Positions 1 to 7,904 of a DNA stretch of 28,027 nt are shown here, piece after piece. Made by a program: the position numbers and the translations under genes. The notes beneath the pieces are model-generated. The model had not been told where the DNA came from, did no database searches, and was given only the letters and a program-made list of their open reading frames with translations. Source of the DNA: Promethearchaeota archaeon (GTDB lineage Archaea; Asgardarchaeota; Lokiarchaeia; Sigyniarchaeales; SOKP01); the NCBI GenBank assembly GCA_048941265.1, contig JBHLNT010000041.1, forward strand, positions 1 through 28,027, in the 5' to 3' direction. The stretch's first letter is position 1, and every line of letters starts with the position of its first letter.

Positions 1-9
1 ACTTCCACG

Positions 10-900
10 TTGTCTAAGACCTTTTTTTCTTATATTCCTACAGACTCATTTATAGCGAGATTACATCCATTAACTAAATTAGGATTATTGTTTATTTTAA
101 GTATGATTGCGTATTTATTTGATAATATCATTGATTTATTAGTTTTGCTCTTATTTGATATCATTTTAATTTTGTTAACCAAAGTTCCTGTTTTTAGTAA
201 GAAATTTATTAAAATCGTTGGCGGATTCCTCCTTGCAAATTCGTCAATTTTTATTGCTTGGTGTTTATTCTCTCAAAGGCCTGGATCGGTGACTTATTTT
301 GAAACAAGTATCGTCATTATAAAGGATATTTGGATTTGGAATATATTAATAACAGATCAAACTCTTTATTATGCTTCACGTATCTCACTGCGATCGTTAA
401 TTATGTTTTTTCTGGCTTTAATGTTCTTTATTGGCACAACTGACAGGGACTTAATTCACGGTTTACGTTCTATTAAAGTTCCGTTTACAATATGCTTGGT
501 AATAAATTTAATTTTCCGTGGAATTGCGATGTTTCAAAATGATTTCCAAATAATAAAAGAGGCAATGCAAACCAGGGGAGTTGAATTTAAACGTGCATCA
601 ATCCCTCAGAAAATTAGGAATTTTGTTTCAATTTTTATTGCCATAATTGTATTGTTGTTTAAAAAAACGGAGGAAATGGCTAATTCGATTGAATCAAGGG
701 GTATTCCCTTTAGATCGAAGAATAGAACAATTTATCATTATTTTCCCTTAAAGAAGAAGGATTTCGTTATTTTAACGACAGTTATTTTATTTTTTATTTT
801 ATCAATATATTTAAGAATATATAACCGTAGTTTAGTGAATTTTTTATTAAATTTTATCCCAATTATATTAAATTTAATTCCTATTATCTTAATTTGGTGA
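10..900 (+). CDS. ecfT: Energy-coupling factor (ECF) transporter transmembrane T component (CbiQ/EcfT family)
   Basis: N-terminal 'SFIARLHPLTKL' motif, several TM helices, and two coupling-helix Arg motifs (EAMQTRG, NSIESRG). Lies directly upstream of an ECF ATPase. TTG start. Confidence 0.93.
   Translation: MSKTFFSYIPTDSFIARLHPLTKLGLLFILSMIAYLFDNIIDLLVLLLFDIILILLTKVPVFSKKFIKIVGGFLLANSSIFIAWCLFSQRPGSVTYFETSIVIIKDIWIWNILITDQTLYYASRISLRSLIMFFLALMFFIGTTDRDLIHGLRSIKVPFTICLVINLIFRGIAMFQNDFQIIKEAMQTRGVEFKRASIPQKIRNFVSIFIAIIVLLFKKTEEMANSIESRGIPFRSKNRTIYHYFPLKKKDFVILTTVILFFILSIYLRIYNRSLVNFLLNFIPIILNLIPIILIW
847..888 (+). repeat. Degenerate 21-bp tandem duplication at the ecfT 3' end (LNFIPII/LNLIPII)
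   Basis: ttaaattttatcccaattata (847-867) vs ttaaatttaattcctattatc (868-888): 17/21 identical, with all differences at third codon positions. Confidence 0.6.
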
Positions 901-906
901 ATCTCT

Positions 907-2430
907 GTAGAAACTGTAGTAGAATTCAAGGACTTTTCCTGGAAATATAAGTCTTCTAGAGATCGTGTTCTTAAGTCAATTAATTTAAAAATTTATAAGG
1001 GAGATTATCTTGGTATTATGGGACCAACTGGAGCAGGCAAATCAACACTATGTGCATGTATAAATGGTCTCATCCCTTTAAAAACAAGGGGTTTTATTAG
1101 TGGCTCAGTCGAACTTTTTGGTAAAAATACCAGAACTTTAAAAATGCCCGATATTACTGCTCGCATTGGTTTAATATTTCAAGATCCAGAAACTCAGTTT
1201 ATAATGATGAATGTAGAAGATGAAATTGCTTTAGGCTTGGAAACATTAGGCCTTGAGAGGGAAGAAATCAAAAATAGGATCGAATGGGCATTAGATATTG
1301 TAGATTTAAAAGGATTTGAAATGAGATCCCCTGAAGAACTCTCTGGGGGGCAGAAACAACTGGTTGCGATTGCTTCGATTTTAGCGATGAGACCTGAGAT
1401 ACTTATTTTAGACGAACCTACTTCCGATCTTGATCCTTTAGGTAAACAAGAAGTTTTTGAGCTTTTGGAAAAAATTAAAAAGGAATTTGATTTGACAATT
1501 GTATTAGTGAGCCATGAAACCAGAAAAATCATGGAGTTTTGTAATCGCGTGATTATCATTGATAATGGAGAAAAAAAGTATGATGGTGATGCTGTCGAAT
1601 TGCTTAATAAAATTGATTTATTGAAATCTTCAGGCATATATATTCCAGAAGATATTTGCGAAAAAAGAATCGCAGAGGATAAACCTATTGTAAAACTAAA
1701 TGAAAACCCGATTATAGAACTATCTAATATAAGTTATACTTATCCGGATATGACTCAGGCCTTAAAAAACATCAGTTTAAAAATATTTCAAGGTGATTTT
1801 ATCGCAATAATTGGAAAGAACGGATCGGGAAAAACTACCTTAGTAAAGCATTTTAATGGGCTTCTTAAGCCCCAACAAGGTAAAATTCAGCTTAATGATA
1901 AAATAATTACAGAGTATTCAATACCCCAAATTGCTCAAATTGTTGGATATTGTTACCAAAATCCCGATCATCAGCTTTTTAAAAGTACTATTAAAGAAGA
2001 AATCGAATTTGGTTTGAAAAATTTAAAATTTCCTGATAATGAAATCAAAAAACGCCATGATGAGATCGTAGAACTTTTGCAACTTAAAAAATTTGAAGAG
2101 GTGTATGAATCTACTTTTTATCTTAGTAAGGGCATAAGACAAAGATTAGCTCTTGCTTCAGTACTAGTATTAAAACCAAATATTTTAATAGTTGATGAAC
2201 CCTCAACAGGACAGGATTTTCTCATGATAAGCGAATTCATGAAAATTCTTGAGGACCTAAATAGAGAAAATAAGACAATAATAATTATTACTCACAATCC
2301 ATACATTATCGCTAAATATTCTAAAGAGGTACTAATTCTTAATGATGGAAAATTAATCAAGAAGCTTCCAACAGTGGAATTTTTAAAAAATGAAGAACTC
2401 CAACATAACGCATGTTTTATGCCTCCTTAA
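907..2430 (+). CDS. ecfA: ECF transporter duplicated (A1-A2 fused) ABC ATPase; true start probably ~907, upstream of the ORF-track Met at 1018
   Basis: Two NBDs. The first has Walker A GPTGAGKS, Q-loop FQDPETQF, LSGGQKQ and LDEPT. The second has GKNGSGKT, YQNPDHQLF, LSKGIRQR and VDEPS. The frame is open from 901 (ISVETVVEFKDFSWKY...VLKSINLKIYKGDYLGIM), which encodes the normal N-terminal strands of an ABC domain. Confidence 0.88.
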   Translation, partial: VETVVEFKDFSWKYKSSRDRVLKSINLKIYKGDYLGIMGPTGAGKSTLCACINGLIPLKTRGFISGSVELFGKNTRTLKMPDITARIGLIFQDPETQFIMMNVEDEIALGLETLGLEREEIKNRIEWALDIVDLKGFEMRSPEELSGGQKQLVAIASILAMRPEILILDEPTSDLDPLGKQEVFELLEKIKKEFDLTIVLVSHETRKIMEFCNRVIIIDNGEKKYDGDAVELLNKIDLLKSSGIYIPEDICEKRIAEDKPIVKLNENPIIELSNISYTYPDMTQALKNISLKIFQGDFIAIIGKNGSGKTTLVKHFNGLLKPQQGKIQLNDKIITEYSIPQIAQIVGYCYQNPDHQLFKSTIKEEIEFGLKNLKFPDNEIKKRHDEIVELLQLKKFEEVYESTFYLSKGIRQRLALASVLVLKPNILIVDEPSTGQDFLMISEFMKILEDLNRENKTIIIITHNPYIIAKYSKEVLILNDGKLIKKLPTVEFLKNEELQHNACFMPP

Positions 2431-2563
2431 ATAACTAACTCAAATTAAGTATTTAAATTGAGACTCTCTTAAGATTGAACATAAATATAAAAACTTTTTC
2501 TACCTAAATTGATAGTAACCTAAATTAATTTTAATCGAATTGAATTAAAATGAAGTGATTCTA

Positions 2564-3346
2564 ATGGGTAAAAAAGAGATTGATAAAGCAAAAAAGGTGT
2601 TCAAAGATGCATGGGACGCGTTGAATGATTTTTTCGAAGAAAAACGTTCGGATACAATTATGGAAAAAGAAGAAAAAGCTAAGAAAGGAAAAGTTGCGCT
2701 TGCTAAATTTTCTAAAGGCATGATAGGGAAAACGAATCAAATAAATTTTAGAATTTTAATAGGGCAGGAAAAAGAGATTGGGGATCATATCTATGAGGCA
2801 GTTTACATGGACGATAAGAAAGAACCTTATATTTATGATTTTACTGTGAATGAAGGTAAACAAACAAATACCATATTAACTAATTTCAAGGATGATGATT
2901 GGAACGGGTATAAAAAAGTGAAGAAATTTAAATCCTTAACCAAATTCTTAGAACACGCTTATGAAGATGGTATCTTTCACGATGGTAAAAAGAAAAAGAA
3001 AGATGAAGCTTTAGATATTTTAATAAAGGAAGGCCTTAAACGATCTTTGGAAGCTATTGGTGATGATTCTGAGGATAAATATGGGATGGATAATGAAAAA
3101 GCAAAGAAGATCGCAAAAGTTGTAGCAATTGCAGCGGTTACAACTGTTGCATCGGCCGCATTAACTCCAGCAGCAGGAGTGGTAGTTGCAGAGATTGCGG
3201 CTGGGGGAACACCACTTACAGGAGAAGTTGTTGGACAGGCATCACAAGCTGCCGTCGAAGGAGTAAAAAATTTAGCCGATCCGGCGACTTTAGCAAGGAA
3301 AGCAGCTCAAAAAGCAATAACCAAGGGTAAATCACTAAAAGATTAA
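2564..3346 (+). CDS. Hypothetical protein: Lys/Glu/Asp-rich N-terminal region and Ala/Val/Gly-rich hydrophobic C-terminal segment
   Basis: Long ORF (263 aa from the GTG at 2555). A GTGAT SD-like motif at 2555-2559 favours the ATG at 2564. No family recognised. Confidence 0.8.
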   Translation: MGKKEIDKAKKVFKDAWDALNDFFEEKRSDTIMEKEEKAKKGKVALAKFSKGMIGKTNQINFRILIGQEKEIGDHIYEAVYMDDKKEPYIYDFTVNEGKQTNTILTNFKDDDWNGYKKVKKFKSLTKFLEHAYEDGIFHDGKKKKKDEALDILIKEGLKRSLEAIGDDSEDKYGMDNEKAKKIAKVVAIAAVTTVASAALTPAAGVVVAEIAAGGTPLTGEVVGQASQAAVEGVKNLADPATLARKAAQKAITKGKSLKD

Positions 3347-3383
3347 ATTTTTTAAATTATTTGCATCTGATTTTAATATTTTG

Positions 3384-3400
3384 AAAAAAATAAAAAAAAA
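3384..3400 (-). terminator. Oligo-T tract, putative archaeal terminator of the SDR gene
   Basis: A-run on the + strand (aaaaaaataaaaaaaaa) about 30-45 nt downstream of the stop at 3430. Confidence 0.45.
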
Positions 3401-3429
3401 GTTTAAAAACAGCTACATCTTTGCAAAGT

Positions 3430-4374
3430 TTACATTTTTATCATAGATCCTATAGCGTCCATGAGTGTTTCTTTTCTTGGTGCACCTTTCATTAATTCTG
3501 GCTTAACCCGGTCGGCTAATATTTGAGGTGTGAAAGGTTTTCCATTATTGCTAATTTTATTAATAGTATGCCAACCTTGAAAAAGAAACACTGTATCTCC
3601 TACTATTCTGAAAACTTCTCCACTAATCTTAGCTGCTTGATCCGAGGCTAAAAATGCCACTAAAGGAGCAACATTAGCGGGATGGAATACATCAAATCCT
3701 TTTTCATCTGTTTTACTCATAACGTCAGCCATTTTTGGAGTAGCATCAGTAGTAAGTCTAGTTCTTGCAACTGGAACAATGCAATTAACAGTTGCATATT
3801 TCTTTAATTCCATTGAGGCTATTACCGTAAAAGCAGCGATTCCAGCTTTAGCAGCCCCATAATTGCTTTGACCCATATTTCCTAATAGTCCGGCGTCTGA
3901 TGCAGTATTAATTATTCTACCGAAATTTTTTAGTTTAGGATCTTCCTTGCCAATCTCTCGAAAATAAGCTGATGCATGCCTTGTCATATTAAATGTTCCT
4001 TTTAAATGTACTGCCATAATAGCATCCCATTCTGCTTCGCTCATATTGAAAAGCATACGATCTCTAAGAATACCAGCATTATTTACCACTATATCTAATT
4101 TTCCAAATTCAGAAACAGCCTGATCGATCATTTTTTTTGCAGCATTGAAATCAGTAACAGAATCATAGTTCCCGACCGCTTTGACTCCTAATTTTTTAAG
4201 CTCTTCACATACTTGATCTGCCACTTTTGATTCTGAGCCAGTACCATCATGAAAGGCACCTAAATCGTTTATGACCAAATTACAACCTTCTTTAGCCATA
4301 GCTAAAGCTTCCTCTCGGCCTAAGCCACGGCCAGCGCCAGTTATAATGGCGACTTTTCCATCTAACATTCCCAT
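3430..4374 (-). CDS. SDR-family oxidoreductase resembling the 3-hydroxyacyl-CoA dehydrogenase domain of MFE-2/HSD17B4
   Basis: TGAGRGLG Rossmann motif, 'VINDLG', NNAGILRD, VHLKGTF, catalytic NYGAAK, and a C-terminal extension typical of this subfamily. Confidence 0.9.
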   Translation of the reverse strand: MGMLDGKVAIITGAGRGLGREEALAMAKEGCNLVINDLGAFHDGTGSESKVADQVCEELKKLGVKAVGNYDSVTDFNAAKKMIDQAVSEFGKLDIVVNNAGILRDRMLFNMSEAEWDAIMAVHLKGTFNMTRHASAYFREIGKEDPKLKNFGRIINTASDAGLLGNMGQSNYGAAKAGIAAFTVIASMELKKYATVNCIVPVARTRLTTDATPKMADVMSKTDEKGFDVFHPANVAPLVAFLASDQAAKISGEVFRIVGDTVFLFQGWHTINKISNNGKPFTPQILADRVKPELMKGAPRKETLMDAIGSMIKM

Positions 4375-4625
4375 AATTGATCACTTTAAAGATTTTGATT
4401 TTTATTTATATCTATATATTATGGATAATTAAAAATCAATTTGTTAACTTAAAAAATTTAACATTCTTTTAATTTTGAAAAAAGAGATATTTAACCAAAT
4501 AAAAAAACCAGATGCCACCATCTACATAGGATTGAAATTTGTTTCAAAAGGGAGACTAATATTAAAGATTGAGCCTATTATACATATTTAATATCTAATA
4601 TAGTAATGATCAAAAATCCTACTAC

Positions 4626-5459
4626 CTAAAAAAATTGTCGAATGTAGTCAATACTTCTGCGTAGTGCTCTTCCAGTAACTATTTCAATAAACATTGATCC
4701 ATCATAATCGTATTTTTTAACTAAATTTAGGACTTTTTTAAAATTAACTTTTCCAGTGCCTAATGGAGGGTGCAAATCTGTTTCATTATCTCCAATTTCG
4801 GCTAAATGAATATTTCTTACATACCTATGAAATTTTTCCCAGTATAATTCAATATTCATATTACACTCCGTAGCATGGGCAGTATCAAATGTTAAGAATA
4901 TGTCCTCTCGATTTAAAATTGACAAAAACTCTTCTATATCATTTTCAGTTCCTAACATATATGCCCCTTGATCCATATTTTCTATGCATATTACAACATC
5001 TAAATTAGCTGTAGCATCCAGTAATTTATGAACCGCTTTAATTAATTGTTCTTTGTTATATTTTCTAATAGCAGTTATTAAATAATGACCATTCCCAGGA
5101 TGAACTGTTAAAACTCTTGCTCCTATTTCTTCACACATTTGAGCGGCATCTATGTAGGATTTAACAGAGGCTTCTGAAATATGCTCATTAAACGAACACA
5201 TGGATAAATCTGTTAGTGTTCCATGTAATTGCTTAGTAATTGCCGAGTAAGAATTACATAGATCTACAAATTTTTTTTTATCTTCACTCGTATATACATA
5301 TGGAGGTTCTAACATTATTTCAACATATTTAATGTTATTTTTCTCAGCAAACTTAAGACAAGCTTCTGTTGAAGTAATTAATAATTCATTCAAGCTTTTA
5401 AATTTTCCACGAAGTGCTTTATCTACAAGATGGCCAAAAGAACTTATCCCTAACTTCAT
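4626..5459 (-). CDS. Sugar-phosphate isomerase/epimerase (AP endonuclease 2 / xylose-isomerase-like TIM barrel)
   Basis: Metal-ligand motifs VHPG, CIENM, FDTAHA, NIHLAE, DLHPPLGTGKVNF and FIE. Confidence 0.88.
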   Translation of the reverse strand: MKLGISSFGHLVDKALRGKFKSLNELLITSTEACLKFAEKNNIKYVEIMLEPPYVYTSEDKKKFVDLCNSYSAITKQLHGTLTDLSMCSFNEHISEASVKSYIDAAQMCEEIGARVLTVHPGNGHYLITAIRKYNKEQLIKAVHKLLDATANLDVVICIENMDQGAYMLGTENDIEEFLSILNREDIFLTFDTAHATECNMNIELYWEKFHRYVRNIHLAEIGDNETDLHPPLGTGKVNFKKVLNLVKKYDYDGSMFIEIVTGRALRRSIDYIRQFF

Positions 5460-5526
5460 AATTCTTTACTTTTTAATTGAATTTTTAATACCACATTTTC
5501 ATCTATTATTATTATATTTTTATCTT

Positions 5527-5925
5527 TTATTCAAAATATGTATTATCTATACTTTTAAAATAAAGCAAATGACTCTTACAATTACAATCAGAGGAACCAA
5601 AATCTTTAACTAAATCATCTGAAATGTCTGTTAATTCATTGCAAATGATGCATTCTAATTTTTGAGAACTAGGAATCAAATACATTTTGATTACAAGAGA
5701 ATTTTCATTCTGTAGTAAATAATCTATATGCCAAAAAACCTTTTTCTTCTCAGGTGGTGTTACATGTCGTTTAACTCGATTAAGAAGTGTAGTCGAGCCA
5801 GAGTTTCCCATAGCTGACCCTACATAAAAATAATATCCCTTTTTAAATTGAATTGTTCCCAATGAACCAATTGAGATATTGGTTTCTTTATTCATATAAA
5901 TTATTAAGATATACGTTCCTTTCAT
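5527..5925 (-). CDS. GIY-YIG (Uri) superfamily nuclease-like protein, DUF123/COG1833 type
   Basis: KGTYILII, GYYFYVGSA, RVKRH, WHIDYLL, conserved Glu and the FGSSDCxCxSHL tail. Confidence 0.88.
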   Translation of the reverse strand: MKGTYILIIYMNKETNISIGSLGTIQFKKGYYFYVGSAMGNSGSTTLLNRVKRHVTPPEKKKVFWHIDYLLQNENSLVIKMYLIPSSQKLECIICNELTDISDDLVKDFGSSDCNCKSHLLYFKSIDNTYFE

Positions 5926-5979
5926 TTAGGAATCTAAAAAATATTTAACCACTAAATTGAATAAATTCAGGTTAAATTT

Positions 5980-6465
5980 TTACTTTTTTGATTTTAATTC
6001 ACTTATTTTACTTCTGAGAATTAAAATGATCAAAACTAGTTGAAAACCGATTAATAGATATAAAGTCAGGTCAATAAAAAAACTGGCATACACAGGGATT
6101 CCTAACCAAGATTTAACCCAACAATCAGAACTCCCATTAGTGTAAAATAAACAACTTGCTACTGAAAGGTATACAATATGAAATGCTAACGATAACATAA
6201 TTACAATGATTGCTAAGATTATTTTTACGTAGAAATTTAGATCGATTTTAGAATTTTTATTATATTCTTTTTGATTTGATTCTGGAGAGCGAACCATCTT
6301 CTCTATAATGCGATCTGAAATTAGTCCTTTTAAAGCCTTATTTTCAGAAAGTAAAGCTTCATATTCATCAAATTCAATTTTTATAAGTTTCTTATCAGAA
6401 TGATCTCCATAGATACTTTTCTCTTCTGGTTTTAAGAGTTTCTCTTTTATGTTAGAACCGCTCAT
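5980..6465 (-). CDS. Hypothetical membrane protein (2 C-terminal TM helices with a Cys pair in the loop)
   Basis: 161-aa ORF with a hydrophilic N-terminal half and two hydrophobic segments flanking 'SCLFYTNGSSDCW'. Confidence 0.7.
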   Translation of the reverse strand: MSGSNIKEKLLKPEEKSIYGDHSDKKLIKIEFDEYEALLSENKALKGLISDRIIEKMVRSPESNQKEYNKNSKIDLNFYVKIILAIIVIMLSLAFHIVYLSVASCLFYTNGSSDCWVKSWLGIPVYASFFIDLTLYLLIGFQLVLIILILRSKISELKSKK

Positions 6466-6682
6466 AACTGAAAATAAATCAATTCTATTAGTGTATTATA
6501 TAGTAGGGTAATAAAATAATTTCTATTAAAATTAATTTAAAAAAGTGATTTTTCGTTATGATGTTATAAAACATTTTTAAGAGAGTATCATATTTTAAAA
6601 TCAGATTTTCTAAAGTTTATCTTAATTAATAAAGAGTCACCAATTTAAAAAGATTTTAAACTAATTTTAATTAATTTAAGTA

Positions 6683-6690
6683 TTTATAAG
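6683..6690 (+). promoter_or_regulatory. Putative TATA box of the ACAD pair
   Basis: TTTATAAG about 28-35 nt upstream of the ATG at 6718, the spacing expected for a short-leader archaeal transcript. Confidence 0.4.
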
Positions 6691-6717
6691 GCAACACGAT
6701 AATTAATTGATGGAAAA

Positions 6718-7860
6718 ATGAATGAGCTATTTTTTTCTGAAAAGCTTTACACTTTACGAACAGAAGTAAGAGATTTCTTATTAAATGAATTAGAACCTAT
6801 CAAAAATACCATTAATCAGGGAAACAAAATTCCTGTTTCTTTTATTAGAAAGATGGGAAAAAACGGTCTAATCGGCCCCTTAATTCCTAAAAATTACAAT
6901 GGTACAGACTTAGGAATGATTGCCCATTGTATGATTACTGAAGAGATCTCAAGAATTAATGTAAGTGCTTCTGTTCCCCGAACTCCATGTATTTTGGATG
7001 GCTATCTCTTAAACAAACATGGAAATGAGGAACAAAAAGAAAATTACTTAAAAAAAATAGTATCAGGAGAGAAAATTTGCAGTATTTGCGTGACTGAAGA
7101 AGAAGCAGGCTCTAATGTAGCCGGGATAAAATCAACGGCAAATAGAGATGGAGATATTTACATTCTGAATGGTTCTAAAAAATTTATAACCAATGCCGGA
7201 ATTGCCGATTATTATTTTATCTGGTGTATTACAAATCAGGATGTTAATCCCCGAAATGGGATGAGTGTTTTTTTGGTTGAGAAAGATACCCCGGGACTAA
7301 TCATTGAAAATCCTTATGGATTAATGGGAATAAATGGAGTATATAATGGAATCCTAAAATTTGAGAATATGGAAATTCCAGAAGATAAGCTTATTGGACA
7401 AGTGGGAGAGGGATTTCAAAGCTTAATGGAAACATTTAATGTAGAAAGGATCACTTTAAGTTCTGAATGTAATGGAATATCAATGGCCGCATTAGAAGAT
7501 TCTAAAGTATACGCTAAAAAAAGAGTTCAATTTGATAAACCAATCTCAAGCTTTCAAATTATTAGGTTGAAAATTGCCGAAATGGCTACAAAGTTACAAG
7601 CAGCGCGGTTACTAACCTATAGCGCTGCAAAATTAGCCGAAATGAGTATGGATATAACTAAAGAAGCATCTATGGCAAAATCTTTTTCTAGTAAAAGTGC
7701 AGTAGAAATTACATCTGAGGCAGTTCAGATTCATGGTGGTGACGGATATACTGACGATTTTTCGGTTGAAAGATACATGAGAGACGCCAAATTCTTTCAA
7801 ATCGGAGGCGGTACATCAGAAATTCAAAATTTAGTTATAGCCAGAGAAGAGTTAAAATAA
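6718..7860 (+). CDS. Acyl-CoA dehydrogenase
   Basis: TEEEAGSNV, LNGSKKFITN, FNVERI, RVQFDKPI, QIHGGDGY, ERYMRDAK, IGGGTSEIQ. Confidence 0.95.
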   Translation: MNELFFSEKLYTLRTEVRDFLLNELEPIKNTINQGNKIPVSFIRKMGKNGLIGPLIPKNYNGTDLGMIAHCMITEEISRINVSASVPRTPCILDGYLLNKHGNEEQKENYLKKIVSGEKICSICVTEEEAGSNVAGIKSTANRDGDIYILNGSKKFITNAGIADYYFIWCITNQDVNPRNGMSVFLVEKDTPGLIIENPYGLMGINGVYNGILKFENMEIPEDKLIGQVGEGFQSLMETFNVERITLSSECNGISMAALEDSKVYAKKRVQFDKPISSFQIIRLKIAEMATKLQAARLLTYSAAKLAEMSMDITKEASMAKSFSSKSAVEITSEAVQIHGGDGYTDDFSVERYMRDAKFFQIGGGTSEIQNLVIAREELK

Positions 7861-7904
7861 TACAGATCCTGAAATTATTTATTACTTAAAACAGAATAAT
7901 AAAT

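Noticed and set aside
898-900. Selenocysteine recoding of the in-frame TGA between ecfT and the ATPase
   Set aside because: The position is an interdomain linker with no Cys-equivalent, I could see no SECIS-like hairpin after 2430, and TGA also forms part of a plausible GGTGA ribosome-binding site.
738-1637. Minus-strand ORFs 738-929 and 1194-1637
   Set aside because: Antisense shadows of the well-supported ECF genes, with no motifs.
4395-4439. Inverted repeat TTGATTTTTA-N25-TAAAAATCAA upstream of the SDR
   Set aside because: Almost entirely A/T with a long spacer, so plausibly chance in this composition. No target-site duplication suggests a MITE.
5332-5613. 93-aa plus-strand ORF
   Set aside because: Overlaps two real minus-strand genes in antisense and has low-complexity composition.
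5527-5925. GIY-YIG protein as a homing endonuclease or mobile element
   Set aside because: Matches the short stand-alone DUF123 type, with no intron, intein or flanking repeats.
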